Position numbers and translations under genes: made by a program
NCBI GenBank assembly: GCA_024679065.1
Contig: JAGIQG010000009.1
Span: forward strand, 102,486,001-102,550,000
DNA length: 64,000 nt
Source of the DNA: Sphyrna mokarran
Lineage: Eukaryota
Direction of reading: 5' to 3'
Shown: in pieces, positions 63,795 to 64,000 of the stretch
Numbering within the stretch: the first letter of the stretch is position 1
Layout of the letters: each line of letters starts with the position of its first letter
The notes under the pieces: model-generated
What the model was told of the DNA's origin: nothing
Seen by the model: the letters and a program-made list of their open reading frames with translations, nothing else
Database searches by the model: none

Positions 63795-64000
63795 TAGAAC
63801 ATAGAACATAGAACATTACAGCGCGGAACAGGCCCTTCGGCCTTCGATGTTGCGCCGACCAATTAAGAAAAAGCAATGACCCTCTAACCTAAACCAATCC
63901 CTCTTCATCCATAAACTTATCCACTAACCTCTTAAACACCCGCAAACTTGGCACATCTACAACTGCAGCAGGCAGGGCATTCCATACCCTTACCACCCTC
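63795..64000 (-). mobile_element. CR1 LINE 3' end running off the window
   Basis: (GAACATA)n tail; matches the reverse of 9660-9860. Confidence 0.9.

Overview
Eukaryotic, repeat-dense vertebrate DNA. The repeat repertoire (HE1-type V-SINEs, CR1, Rex1, DeuSINE, Penelope) points to a cartilaginous fish, most likely a shark; this is inference. Host content: (1) a small minus-strand Ig-superfamily receptor gene (signal exon 37486-37555, cysteine-less V-domain exon 35537-35914, TM exon 28340-28441, cytoplasmic exons 27309-27364 and probably 26243-26374); (2) a probable first signal-peptide exon of a second minus-strand gene at 4075-4141; (3) a complete variant U1 snRNA gene (50547-50710) with octamer DSE, PSE and 3' box. 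Four observations stand out. First, nested Penelope-derived hairpin elements lie just upstream of U1, and one is a 99/100-bp palindrome with an intact minimal hammerhead ribozyme on each strand. Second, a CR1 LINE lineage has a long 3' UTR that is a captured V-SINE, seen in two divergent subfamilies. Third, a decayed provirus (56435-62517) has a tRNA-His PBS and an envelope remnant resembling a paramyxovirus-F-like (lokiretrovirus-type) fusion protein. Fourth, the V-SINEs carry two different LINE tails. Most ORF-track entries are TE fragments or noise. Repeat boundaries are approximate unless TSDs are quoted, and family names come from motif recognition, not database searches.
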